Assembly: GCA_965221125.1 (NCBI GenBank)
Contig: CBDCRW010000007.1
Location: 544,001 to 608,000 of the forward strand
Origin: Alphaproteobacteria bacterium
Lineage (GTDB): Bacteria > Pseudomonadota > Alphaproteobacteria > UBA828
Reading direction: 5' to 3'
DNA length: 64,000 nt
Shown here: piece after piece, positions 38,140 to 47,914 of the stretch
Position numbering within the stretch: position 1 is the stretch's first letter
Layout: every line of letters starts with the position of its first letter
The notes under the pieces: generated by a model
What the model was told of the DNA's origin: nothing
The model's database searches: none
What the model saw: the letters and a program-made list of their open reading frames with translations, nothing else
Program-made: the position numbers and the translations under genes

Positions 38140-40896
38140 CTATTCAGCCGCTTCGGCGGGGGCGTCCGTCCGGGTGACGCGGGCAGCGCAGTACTTGAAC
38201 TCCGGAATCTTGCCGAACGGGTCGAGGGCCGGATTGGTCAGCATGTTGCCGGCGGCCTCGGCGAAGCAGAACGGGACGAAGACAACGCCGGCAGGAACGC
38301 CGGCATCGGCGCGAGCCCGCAGCGCGATGGCGCCCCGCCGGGTCTCGACCGTGATCGGCGTGCCCGGCTCGATGTGCATGCGCTCCAGCTCCGCCGGAGC
38401 AAGATGGGCGACGGCTTCCGGTTCGAGATGGTCGAGCACGGATGCGCGGCGGGTCATCGCGCCGGTGTGCCAGTGCTCGAGCATCCGGCCCGTCGTCAGC
38501 ACCAGTGGGAACTCGTCGTCAGGCGTTTCGTCCGGCGGCACGATGCCGGCGGGCACCAGCTTGCCCCGCTTGCTCGGCGTCGGATAGCCGTCCTCGAAGA
38601 TGACGTCGTGGCCGGGCTCGTCCTCGCCGCTGCAGGGGTAGGTGACGGCGCTCTCGTGACGGAGCCTGTCCCAGCTGATGTTGTCGAGCGAGGGCATGCA
38701 GCCCGCCATCTCGGCGAAGACATCGGCCGGGCCGTCGTAGGTCCAGTCGAGGCCGATGCGGCGTGCGATCTCCTGGATGATCCACCAGTCCTGCCTGGCG
38801 CCGTCGGGCATCGCAAGCGCCGTGCGGCCCATCTGCACCTGGCGGTTGGTGTTGGTGACGGTGCCGTCCTTCTCGGGCCAGGCGGAGGCCGGCAGCACCA
38901 CGTCGGCGTAGCTGGCGGTCTCGGTGAGGAAGAGCTCCTGCACCACGAGATGGTCGAGCGAGGCGAGGGCTTCGCGCACGTGCCGCAGGTTCGGGTCCGA
39001 CATCGCCGGGTTCTCGCCCATGATGTACATGCCCTTGATGTCGCCCTCGTGGGCGGCGTTCATGACCTCGACCACGGTGAGGCCGGCGTTGGGATCGAGC
39101 TCGGCTCCCCAGAATTCCGAGAACTTCTCGCGCCGGTCGGGGTCGGTCACCTTCTGGTAGTCGGGATACATCATGGGGATGAGGCCGGCGTCCGAGGCGC
39201 CCTGCACGTTGTTCTGGCCGCGCAGCGGATGCAGGCCGGTGCCGGGGCGGCCCACCTGGCCCGCGATGAGCGCCAGCGAGATGAGGCAGCGCGCATTGTC
39301 GGTGCCGTGGATGTGCTGGGAGATGCCCATGCCCCAGAAGATGATCGCGGCTTCTGCGCGCCCGTACAGTCGCGCGACTTTGCGCAGGACGTCGGGCTCG
39401 ATGCCGCAGACAGGCCCCATCTCCTCCGGCGCGTATCCCGCCAGATGGGCCTTGAGCTGCTCGAACCCCTCCGTGTGGGCCGAGACGTATTGCCGGTCGT
39501 AGAGCTCCTCCTCGACGATGACGTGCATGAGCGCGTTGAGGAGCGCCACGTCGGTGCCGGACTTGAACTGCAGGAAGTGGCTCGCGTGCCGCGCGAGCGC
39601 CGAGCCGCGCGGGTCGATCACGATCAGGTTCGCGCCGCGCTTTGCGGCGTTCTTGAAGAAGGTCGCGGCCACGGGATGGTTCGCGGTCGGCTGCGCGCCG
39701 ATGACGATGATGACGTCCGAATGCTCGACCTGGTTGAAGCTTGCGGTGACGGCGCCGGAGCCGATGCATTCGAGCAACGCCGCCACCGACGAGGCGTGGC
39801 AGAGCCGCGTGCAGTGATCGACGTTGTTGGTGCCGAAGCCGGCGCGCACGAGCTTCTGAAAGAGGTACGCTTCTTCGTTCGATCCCTTGGCCGAGCCGAA
39901 GCCGGCGAGCGCGCCCGCGCCATGCCGGTCCCGGATCTGCCGCAGGCCCTGAGCCGCCCGGTCGAGCGCTTCCTCCCAGCTCGCTTCCCTGAAGTGGGTC
40001 AGCGGATTCGCCGGGTCGATGTCGATTTCGGCGGACTTCGGCGCGTCCTCCCTGCGGATCAGCGGCGTCGTCAGCCGGTGGGGATGACTCACGTAGTCGA
40101 AGCCGAAGCGGCCCTTGACGCAGAGCCTGCCGTGGTTGGCGGGGCCGTCCTTGCCGTCGACCCAGAGGATCTTGTTGTCCTTCACGTTGAAGGTGAGCTG
40201 GCAGCCGACGCCGCAGTAGGGGCAGACGCTCTCGACCTGCTCGGCCGGCGTCTCCTTGCCGACCTCCCTGGCCGGCATGAGGGCGCCGGTCGGGCAGGCC
40301 TGCACGCATTCGCCGCAGGCAACACAGGTGCTCTCGCCCATGGGATCGTCGAAGTCGAAGACGATCTTGTTGCGCGCGCCGCGGCCGGCCATGCCGATGA
40401 CGTCGTTGACCTGAACCTCCCGGCAGGCACGCACGCAGCGGGTGCAATGGATGCAGGCATCGAGGTTGACCGCCATCGCCGTGTGGCTGAGGTCGGCAGC
40501 CGGAGACTGGCGCGCGGGGAAGCGGCTCGCGGTGCGCCCCATGCTCTCCGCCCAGTCCCAGAGTTCGCATGACGGATCGTGGCTGGATTCCTGCACAGGC
40601 TGATCCGCGATCAGCAGCTCCATCACCATGTCGCGGGCCCGCACCGCGCGCTCGACGGAAGCCCGCACCTCCATCCCCTCGCTCGGCTTGCGGATGCAGG
40701 AGGCCGCGAGCACCCGCTCGCCCTCGATCTCCACCATGCAGGCCCGGCAGTTGCCGTCGGCCCGGTAGCCGGGCTCGGGCGTGTAGCAGAGGTGGGGAAT
40801 GTCGATCCCGTTCCGCTTGGCGACCTGCCAGATGGTCTCGTCCGGCTCCGCGGTGACGGCGCGGCCGTCGAGGGTGAAGCGGATCACATCGCTCAT
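38140..40896 (-). CDS. fdhF: NAD-linked formate dehydrogenase alpha subunit (Mo/W-bisPGD, Cys ligand)
   Basis: N-terminal 2Fe-2S and 4Fe-4S motifs, CPYCGVGC, NNVDHCTRLCH, PLRGQNNVQG, GKIPEFK; ATG 40896 coupled to the beta subunit. Confidence 0.93.
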   Translation of the reverse strand: MSDVIRFTLDGRAVTAEPDETIWQVAKRNGIDIPHLCYTPEPGYRADGNCRACMVEIEGERVLAASCIRKPSEGMEVRASVERAVRARDMVMELLIADQPVQESSHDPSCELWDWAESMGRTASRFPARQSPAADLSHTAMAVNLDACIHCTRCVRACREVQVNDVIGMAGRGARNKIVFDFDDPMGESTCVACGECVQACPTGALMPAREVGKETPAEQVESVCPYCGVGCQLTFNVKDNKILWVDGKDGPANHGRLCVKGRFGFDYVSHPHRLTTPLIRREDAPKSAEIDIDPANPLTHFREASWEEALDRAAQGLRQIRDRHGAGALAGFGSAKGSNEEAYLFQKLVRAGFGTNNVDHCTRLCHASSVAALLECIGSGAVTASFNQVEHSDVIIVIGAQPTANHPVAATFFKNAAKRGANLIVIDPRGSALARHASHFLQFKSGTDVALLNALMHVIVEEELYDRQYVSAHTEGFEQLKAHLAGYAPEEMGPVCGIEPDVLRKVARLYGRAEAAIIFWGMGISQHIHGTDNARCLISLALIAGQVGRPGTGLHPLRGQNNVQGASDAGLIPMMYPDYQKVTDPDRREKFSEFWGAELDPNAGLTVVEVMNAAHEGDIKGMYIMGENPAMSDPNLRHVREALASLDHLVVQELFLTETASYADVVLPASAWPEKDGTVTNTNRQVQMGRTALAMPDGARQDWWIIQEIARRIGLDWTYDGPADVFAEMAGCMPSLDNISWDRLRHESAVTYPCSGEDEPGHDVIFEDGYPTPSKRGKLVPAGIVPPDETPDDEFPLVLTTGRMLEHWHTGAMTRRASVLDHLEPEAVAHLAPAELERMHIEPGTPITVETRRGAIALRARADAGVPAGVVFVPFCFAEAAGNMLTNPALDPFGKIPEFKYCAARVTRTDAPAEAAE

Positions 40897-42623
40897 GCGA
40901 GCTCCTCCGGGAAATAGCGCAGGATCGAGAGCAGGGGGTTCGGCGCCGCCTGCCCCAGACCGCAGATCGAGGCGTCGGCCATGGCGGCGCTCAGCTCCCG
41001 CAGGAGCGGCGGGTCCCAGCGGCCGTCGCTCATCATGACGGCCGCCTTCTCGCAGCCGACGCGGCAGGGCGTGCATTGTCCACAGCTTTCGTCCTCGAAG
41101 AATCGCATCAGGTTGAGCGCGGCGCCCTTGAGATCGTCCTTGTCGGAGAGGACCACGACCGCGGCGGAGCCGATGAAGCAGCCGTGCGCCTCCAGAGTGC
41201 CGAAATCGAGCGGCAGGTCGGCCATGGAGGCGGGAAGGATGCCGCCGGAGGCGCCGCCCGGCAGATAGGCGCGGAAGCTGTGTCCGTCTGCCATGCCGCC
41301 GCAGTACTCCTGCAGCAGCTCGTTCATGGTGATGCCGGCCGGCGCGAGCTTGACGCCCGGCTCCTTCACCCGGCCCGACACCGAGAAGCTGTGGAAGCCA
41401 GAGCGCCCGTTGCGGCCCTCACCGGAGAACCAGGCGGGGCCTCGCTCCAGTATGTCGCGCACCCAGTGCAGCGTCTCGACGTTGTTGATGAGCGTGGGGC
41501 GGCCCCAGAGGCCGACCTGGGAGGGGAAGGGGGGCTTGTGCCTGGGCTCGCCCCGCTTGCCCTCGATGCTCTCCAGCATCGCCGACTCTTCGCCGCAGAT
41601 GTAGGCGCCCGCGCCCCGGCGGAGGATCAGCCTGGTCTGAGCCGTGAGGCCCGCCGCGTCGAGCTTCGCGATCTCTTCCAGCAGCACCTCGCGGATGCCC
41701 GGATATTCGTCGCGGAGGTAGATGTAGCACTCGGCGGCCTCGACGGCCCAGCCGGCGATCAGCGTGCCTTCGAGGAAGCGATGCGGGTCCTGCTCCATGT
41801 AGACCCGGTCCTTGATCGTGCCGGGCTCGCCTTCGTCGGCGTTGACGGCCATCAGCCGGGGCCCGGTCTCGGCCCGGACGAAGCGCCACTTGCGCCCGGT
41901 GGGGAAGCCCGCGCCGCCCTTTCCCTTGAGGCCGCTGTCTTCCAGCGCGCCGATCACGTCGTCGACGCGCCGCGCACCCGACAGGCACTCCCTGAGAACC
42001 CTGTAGCCCCCGCCCTCGACATAAGCGTCGAAATCGACGTAAGCCGGATTCACGGGCGAATGGTCCGGTCCTTCGACGCAGGCGAGGAGCCGTTCCACGG
42101 TCGCTCTCGTCACGTGGCGATGGCCGACCTCGGCCACCGGCGCCTCCTCGCAGCGGCCCATGCAGGGTGCCCGCACCACGCGCACGTCGTCGCCCACGGC
42201 CCCAGGCAACGCTTCCAACAGGTCCTGAGCGCCGAAACACTCGCACGTCAGGCTGTCGCAGACCCGCACCGTCAGCGGCGGTGGCGCGCTCTCCCCTTCC
42301 ATCACCACGTCGAAGTGAGCGTAGAACGTGGCGACCTCGTACACCTCGGCCATGGCGAGGCGCATCTCGGCCGCGAGCGCTGCCAGATGACGGGCCGCGA
42401 GGCAGCCATAGTGGTCCTGGATCCTGTGCAGATGCTCGATCAGCAGGTCGGGGCGCCTGGGCTCGTCGCCCAGCAGGGCCCGAATCTCTTCCTGCGCAGC
42501 CGGATCGACTTGACGGCCCTTTTCGGTGTAGCGCGCCCTGCGCCGCCCGCTGCCGGGGTGCCTGGGAGCCTGACGTTCGCCCGAAAGAGCCACCTGCGTC
42601 TCCGACGATGCTGTTCCGCCCAA
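40893..42623 (-). CDS. Formate dehydrogenase beta subunit (fused NuoE/NuoF-like); start uncertain
   Basis: EVATFY, GKGGAGFPTG.KW, NADEGEPGT, GAGAYICGEE, ESCGQCTPCR, SICGLG. Confidence 0.9.
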   Translation of the reverse strand: MGGTASSETQVALSGERQAPRHPGSGRRRARYTEKGRQVDPAAQEEIRALLGDEPRRPDLLIEHLHRIQDHYGCLAARHLAALAAEMRLAMAEVYEVATFYAHFDVVMEGESAPPPLTVRVCDSLTCECFGAQDLLEALPGAVGDDVRVVRAPCMGRCEEAPVAEVGHRHVTRATVERLLACVEGPDHSPVNPAYVDFDAYVEGGGYRVLRECLSGARRVDDVIGALEDSGLKGKGGAGFPTGRKWRFVRAETGPRLMAVNADEGEPGTIKDRVYMEQDPHRFLEGTLIAGWAVEAAECYIYLRDEYPGIREVLLEEIAKLDAAGLTAQTRLILRRGAGAYICGEESAMLESIEGKRGEPRHKPPFPSQVGLWGRPTLINNVETLHWVRDILERGPAWFSGEGRNGRSGFHSFSVSGRVKEPGVKLAPAGITMNELLQEYCGGMADGHSFRAYLPGGASGGILPASMADLPLDFGTLEAHGCFIGSAAVVVLSDKDDLKGAALNLMRFFEDESCGQCTPCRVGCEKAAVMMSDGRWDPPLLRELSAAMADASICGLGQAAPNPLLSILRYFPEELA

Positions 42624-42735
42624 CTCGGCGCGCGCTGCGGCGAATTGGCCCCGATGCCTAGCACCTAGCCGGTCGACGGTCGAGACCTAGTTTGAATCCT
42701 GGTCGCGGCCGTCAGCGCATCAAGGAGGCGGGAAA

Positions 42736-42936
42736 TCAGTCGGCCCAGGACTCCGACCGGGGGACAGGCGATTCGACACGGGTCAGGCTGACCACGGCCG
42801 CGTTGATCAGGCGTTTGCCTGCATTCTCGAAATTGGCCGTCACGCGGTCGCCGATGACGGACTGCACCTGACCCAGGCCCCATTCCGGCGCCAGCGGGTT
42901 TCTGACCCAATCACCCGGCGCAAGGCCGTCGACCAC
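42736..42936 (-). CDS. Small SH3-like protein (DUF3553-like)
   Basis: LAPGDWVRNP..PEWGLGQVQSV...VTANFENAGK; GTG start after GGGGAGGGG. Confidence 0.7.
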   Translation of the reverse strand: MVDGLAPGDWVRNPLAPEWGLGQVQSVIGDRVTANFENAGKRLINAAVVSLTRVESPVPRSESWAD

Positions 42937-43199
42937 CGCCTTCCCCTCCCCTGTCTGCCGCCGCGTCGTCCTGCCCGCAGCTCCGGCATGATAGCCGGGC
43001 GGCGCTTCGTCGGCCATTTCAGACTGCGCCGGCATGCGGCTCCCTCCCCGAAAGGCGTTCTACACGACTGAAATAAAGACATTTTTGTCGCGACGCGGAC
43101 ATCTATACAGCCGACCGGCCGATGCGTTGGAATGGCTTGCCGAGGCGTCGGCTCGTTCCTATACTCCGCGCCCATTTCGAGGTGGGATCCGGTACGGCA

Positions 43200-43625
43200 G
43201 TGACGGAGAAGAGAGTGGAGCTCCCGGCCAGGTACAGGCCAACGAGCAAGGAAGAGTTCATGTCGCCGCAGATGCGGGAGTACTTCCGGCGCAAGCTGGA
43301 AGTGTGGCGGCAGGACATCCTGGACGAGACGGACGCGACGCTGGAGAAGCTCAGGCTCGATACCGGGCACGAGGCAGACTTGGCGGATCGCGCCGCCGTC
43401 GAGTCCGAGCGGTCGGTCCAGCTTCGCACGCGAGACCGTGCCCGCAAGCTCATCTCGAAGATCGAGGCGGCATTGCAGCGGATCGAGGACGGCTCCTACG
43501 GCTATTGCGAGGAGACCGCCGAGCCGATCAGCATCCGCCGCCTCGAAGCCCGCCCGATCGCGACCCTCAGCGTCGAGGCCCAGGAGCGCCACGAGCGCCA
43601 CGAGCGCACCCACCGCGACGGTTGA
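43200..43625 (+). CDS. dksA: RNA polymerase-binding protein DksA
   Basis: EEFMS..MREYFR.KL, ADLADRA..E, RDRARKLISKI..AL.RIEDGSYGYCEET.EPI..RRLEARP.ATLS. Confidence 0.95.
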   Translation: MTEKRVELPARYRPTSKEEFMSPQMREYFRRKLEVWRQDILDETDATLEKLRLDTGHEADLADRAAVESERSVQLRTRDRARKLISKIEAALQRIEDGSYGYCEETAEPISIRRLEARPIATLSVEAQERHERHERTHRDG

Positions 43626-43652
43626 TCGCCGATTCGGCCCGTTTGCCGGGCA

Positions 43653-44621
43653 TTACTTTGACCCATCAGCCGAGGCGCGTTCAGCTGCGAGCGGATGTCC
43701 GTGCTCGGCCGCGAGCGCGAACCAGTGGCGGGCGCGTTCGAGATCGCGGGGCACGCCATGGCCGCGTTCGTGGATCAAGCCCAAGTTGAATTCGGCGAGC
43801 GCAAAGCCGCGTTCGGCAGCGGCGCGGTGGTGGGCGAGGCCGCGCGGGGTATCCGCTGCCGTACCGGCGCCCGCGAGCAGGGTCAGACCCACCCAGTACC
43901 GCGCGAATAGCTCGTCGCCCTGGGCGTCGCCGGCCGGTGGGGAGCGGTGTGCGGCGCGCGTGCCAGCAGCGGCGATTTCCAACCATTGGTCGGAGCCGGG
44001 GCCGAGGATGCCGGTGGCAGCATCGTGCCGCGCGTCGAGAACGGCCTTCATGGCGGCCGCCGCAGCGGAGCGGAACAGAACGGCGGCGTACGGCTCGTCG
44101 CGGATCGTACCGCCTCCGGCGTCGTGAAGTTTGCCGAGTGCGAGCAACCCTTGCGGATCGCCCGCCGCAGCCGCGGCGCGCAGATGCCGCAGCGCCGCCA
44201 TGTCGTTGCCGGCGACGTCCCGCGCGATCAGACCGAGGGCGAGATGAGCCGCCGCATCGCCTCGCGCGGCCATGTCGGCGAGGTGGGCACGCGCGCCTTC
44301 GTGCCGCTGGGCCGCGGCGCGCTCCAGCCACATGAACGCTTCGGCCCGGTCGTGAGTTGGCCCGTCCTCGTCGAGGTGCGCAAGCGCCAGCAGGTACTGG
44401 GAGGCCGCATGACCCTGAACCGCCATGTTGAGCAGAACCAAGTGGCCCTCCACGCCCGCATCGGGCGATGCCGTGAGCCGGTGGGTCATGGCTGCGCTCT
44501 GTTCGACGTCCGGCGCGGCGGCCGGCGTCGACGTATCCGGTTCCGCCGAGGCCCCGAGCGGAACGAGCAGGCACGCCGCGATGGGGACCAGGCGGGCAAG
44601 CAGGAGCGGGCGAGGGGGCAT
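43653..44621 (-). CDS. Secreted Sel1-like repeat protein
   Basis: Signal peptide; repeated A.W...AA..GH, AEFNLGLIHERGHGVPRD..RA..WF. Confidence 0.8.
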   Translation of the reverse strand: MPPRPLLLARLVPIAACLLVPLGASAEPDTSTPAAAPDVEQSAAMTHRLTASPDAGVEGHLVLLNMAVQGHAASQYLLALAHLDEDGPTHDRAEAFMWLERAAAQRHEGARAHLADMAARGDAAAHLALGLIARDVAGNDMAALRHLRAAAAAGDPQGLLALGKLHDAGGGTIRDEPYAAVLFRSAAAAAMKAVLDARHDAATGILGPGSDQWLEIAAAGTRAAHRSPPAGDAQGDELFARYWVGLTLLAGAGTAADTPRGLAHHRAAAERGFALAEFNLGLIHERGHGVPRDLERARHWFALAAEHGHPLAAERASADGSK

Positions 44622-45104
44622 GGGCGGAGCGTACCACCGGGCGCCGCCCCGCCCGAGGGTGGCCCTGCATCACCCCGAAGGAACGCTGACATCGTGTGGC
44701 GGGAGCGCGTCCGACATGCACGGACGCGCGACAGGTGTTGTTTTCCGGTCTAGCCGGATAGAAGCACGGGTTTTTTTCTCACTTTGATTGGTTGGTGGAT
44801 TTCCCGGGATGGTGGCCGAGTGCGGGAAGGACGCTGCCTGCGGCATTTTTTTGATCCTCAGCAGAATCCTCATTGCTGTTGAAGCTGTGGAGCGGTGGGC
44901 GCGAGATCGGCGAGTGTGGTCAGGCGGTGGGCAAGCGCCAGCTTGTCCACGGGCTGTCCACACGGTCCGCAGGACGCCGATCGGTCCGCAGGACGCGTCC
45001 ACGGCTCCACAGCTTGGCGGCGGCGGGGAGCGTCCGTAATCTTGGCCTCTCACTGAACGACAAAGAGAGGCCCGGGGGACGGAACTCCCGCCGGGCCAGG
45101 GCCG

Positions 45105-45740
45105 GTGCAGCTTCGCTACGAAACGGGGCTCACCAGCGAGGAATACGTTAAGACCGAGGCGTGGCGCGACGCAAGGCTTGAGCGCTGCCCGAATCACCCG
45201 CACGGCGGATGTTCTGTGGCAAGCCACGGCACCTACGAGCGGAAGACCCCGCCCGGCGCAAGGGTTCCTCGCTGGTATTGCCGTGAGAGCCATACGACCA
45301 TCGGCCTGCTGGCCGACTGTCTGGCGGCGCGGCTGCCGGGCACGCTCGATGCGCTGGAAGCGGTTGTTGTCGTGGCGGAGGAGGCCGGCAGCCTGGAGGA
45401 GGCAGCGGACGAGGTGCGCTGCCCCGAGGACGAGGACGCCATCGAGCTTCCCGGCGCCGTGCGTTGGATCCGCCGCAGGCTGAAGCTTGTGCACGACGCG
45501 CTTGTGCGCGTCATCGGCCTGATCCCCGACCTGCTCGCGGGCTGCGCGCCCACCATGAGCGCGGTGCGCGAGCGTCTGAAGAGCGACAGCGCGTTGATGG
45601 AACTGCGCGGCCTGGTCGCCGGGCAGCTCCGGACGCTACCCGCGCCTCTGGGCTTCCAACCCCACGGCATCGACGTGGGGAATCGCAAACCGCAGTTCCA
45701 ACAACGGGCGGGGCCGGACCCGCCGCCGGAGAGTTCGTAG
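45105..45740 (+). CDS. Transposon accessory protein with Cys/His-rich (possible Zn-binding) N-terminus
   Basis: CP.H..GGC...HGTY.R...RWYC...H.T..LL.DCL; first gene of the transposon operon. Confidence 0.65.
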   Translation: MQLRYETGLTSEEYVKTEAWRDARLERCPNHPHGGCSVASHGTYERKTPPGARVPRWYCRESHTTIGLLADCLAARLPGTLDALEAVVVVAEEAGSLEEAADEVRCPEDEDAIELPGAVRWIRRRLKLVHDALVRVIGLIPDLLAGCAPTMSAVRERLKSDSALMELRGLVAGQLRTLPAPLGFQPHGIDVGNRKPQFQQRAGPDPPPESS

Positions 45741-45785
45741 CGTGACGATCCCGGGGCCAGGGAGTCCCTGAACGAGGATCGCACC

Positions 45786-47114
45786 ATGAACAGCTCAGAC
45801 GACGACCTTCGCCAACAGATCGCGCTCTTCCGATACGACGTCATCGCCGATCTGGTGCATCTGCCCGTGGGTGCACCGGGTGCCGGCGCGATGATGCGCG
45901 CCAAAGCCGAGAAGACCTACACGATCCCCGGAACCACCAGGACCCGGGTCGCCGCCGAGACCATGCGGCGCTGGATCAAGGACTACCGCTACGGCGGCTT
46001 CGACGCGCTCTACCCCAAGCCCCGCACCGACCGGGGGAAGCCCCGGCGGCTGCCGCCCGAGGTCGCCGAGCGCCTCATCGCGCTGAAGACCGAGAACGAC
46101 GCATTGTCGGTTCGCGCCATCATCCAGAAGGTCAAGGAGGAGGGTATCGACCACCCGCTCGCCTCGTCCACCGTGCACCGCCTCTTCAGCCGCGAGGGCC
46201 TGTTCGACAAGAAGCCGCCCGACGGGGCGGATCGCCGCCGCTTCGCCTTCCGGCATGCCGGCGAGATGTGGATGAGCGACGTCATGCACGGACCCAAGGT
46301 CCGGCACGGCCGAACCCGGCGCAAGACCTACCTGATCGCCTTCATCGACGACGCCACCCGCGTCATCCCGTTCGCCGCCTTCGCCATGGCGGAGAACACT
46401 GCGGCGTTCCTGCCGGTGTTCAAGGACGCGCTGATCCGGCGCGGCCTCCCGGCCCGCTTGTACGTCGACAACGGAAGCGCCTACCGCTCCCGTCATCTCT
46501 CCCTGGTCTGCGCCAGGCTCGGCGTTGCGTTGATTCACGCAAGGGCGTTCCAGCCAGCGGGAAAGGGTAAGATCGAGCGCTTCTTCCGCACCCTCCGGGC
46601 CGGCTGGCTCCGCCACCTCGGCGATGACGTCGACAGCCTGGAGGCGCTCAACCGCAGCCTCTGGGCCTGGATCGAGGGGGAGTATCACAACAGCCCGCAT
46701 CGTGGCCTCGACGAGGGGCGCACCCCGCTTGAGCAGTGGGCGCTGGCCTCGGCCGGCGTGCGCTATCCCGACGCCACCATGGACCTCGACGATCTGTTCC
46801 TCTTCGAGGCCAGGCGCCGTGTCTACAAGGACCGCACCGTTAGTCTGAACGGCCGCGTCTACGAGGTCGACGCCCTCCTGGTGGGTCAGAACGTCATCCT
46901 GCGCTACGACCCGGCCGCGCCGCCCTCGCGCCCTCTCGACGTGGTCCATGACGGCAAGCCGGCCGGCAAGGCCAGCCCTCTCGACGCCTACGCCAATACC
47001 GCCGTCAGGCGCACCTACCCGGCCAGGGAGATCGAGGCCGAAGATCCGGCGCCCGAGCCTCCGCCCTCGCCGCTGGCCATGCGCAACCTCAAGGACAAGA
47101 AGGAGGACGAGTGA
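45786..47114 (+). CDS. DDE integrase/transposase (rve + Mu transposase C-terminal domain)
   Basis: WMSDVMHG, FIDDATR, LYVDNGSAY, GKGKIERFF.T, YHNSPH. Confidence 0.93.
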   Translation: MNSSDDDLRQQIALFRYDVIADLVHLPVGAPGAGAMMRAKAEKTYTIPGTTRTRVAAETMRRWIKDYRYGGFDALYPKPRTDRGKPRRLPPEVAERLIALKTENDALSVRAIIQKVKEEGIDHPLASSTVHRLFSREGLFDKKPPDGADRRRFAFRHAGEMWMSDVMHGPKVRHGRTRRKTYLIAFIDDATRVIPFAAFAMAENTAAFLPVFKDALIRRGLPARLYVDNGSAYRSRHLSLVCARLGVALIHARAFQPAGKGKIERFFRTLRAGWLRHLGDDVDSLEALNRSLWAWIEGEYHNSPHRGLDEGRTPLEQWALASAGVRYPDATMDLDDLFLFEARRRVYKDRTVSLNGRVYEVDALLVGQNVILRYDPAAPPSRPLDVVHDGKPAGKASPLDAYANTAVRRTYPAREIEAEDPAPEPPPSPLAMRNLKDKKEDE

Positions 47115-47914
47115 TGTACCTGCGCCACTTCGCCTTCACCCGCCTGCCCTTCGAGACCCCGGCAGAGACCGACGAGCTGTTCGAGTCCAACGCGCGCCGC
47201 GAGGCCGAGGCCAGGCTCGGCCACCTCATCGACCTGCGCGGCATCGGCCTGCTCACCGGCGAGGTGGGCTCCGGCAAGACCACCGTGTGCCGGCATCTGA
47301 CCGCGCAGCTTCATCCAGGCCTCTACCGGGTCCACTACGTCTCGCTGACCACGGGCAACGTGCTCGACATGTACAAGGCGATCGCGTGGGAGATCGGCCT
47401 GCCCATCGAGCGCTCCCGCGCCTCGGCCTATCAGGCCATCCGAAACGAGATCTCCCGCCTCGTCACCGAGGCCAAGCAGCTGCCGGTCCTCGTCATCGAC
47501 GAGGCCCATCATCTGCGCAACGACGTCCTTGAGGACCTGCGCCTGCTCACCAACTTCGCCATGGATGCAGAGCAGCGCCTGTGCCTCGTCCTCGTCGGTC
47601 TGACCGAGCTCAGGCGCCGCCTGGCCATGGCCATGCACGAATCCCTCAGCCAGCGCCTCGTCGTCCGCCACCACCTGAGCGGTCTCGACCGCGACGAGGT
47701 CGACGCTTACATCAAGCACCGCCTCAGGCTCGCGGGATGCGAACTGCCGCTGTTCGAAGAGCCCGCCGTCGAGGCCCTGTTCCAGGGCGCGCGCGGCCTG
47801 CCGCGCCAGATCAACCGCATCGCCCACTACGCGCTCTCCGCCGCCGCTCTCGACGAGGCGAGGACCGTCAGTGCCGACCACCTGCAGCACGCGCTCGAGG
47901 AACTGCGGCCATGA
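47111..47914 (+). CDS. ExeA-family AAA ATPase (TniB/TnsC/MuB-like role inferred)
   Basis: GEVGSGKTT Walker A, LVIDEAH Walker B, LVLVG, GLPRQIN. Confidence 0.9.
   Translation: MMYLRHFAFTRLPFETPAETDELFESNARREAEARLGHLIDLRGIGLLTGEVGSGKTTVCRHLTAQLHPGLYRVHYVSLTTGNVLDMYKAIAWEIGLPIERSRASAYQAIRNEISRLVTEAKQLPVLVIDEAHHLRNDVLEDLRLLTNFAMDAEQRLCLVLVGLTELRRRLAMAMHESLSQRLVVRHHLSGLDRDEVDAYIKHRLRLAGCELPLFEEPAVEALFQGARGLPRQINRIAHYALSAAALDEARTVSADHLQHALEELRP

Noticed and set aside
43200-43625. DksA lacking the four-Cys zinc finger as a novelty
   Set aside because: Zinc-free DksA is normal in Alphaproteobacteria.
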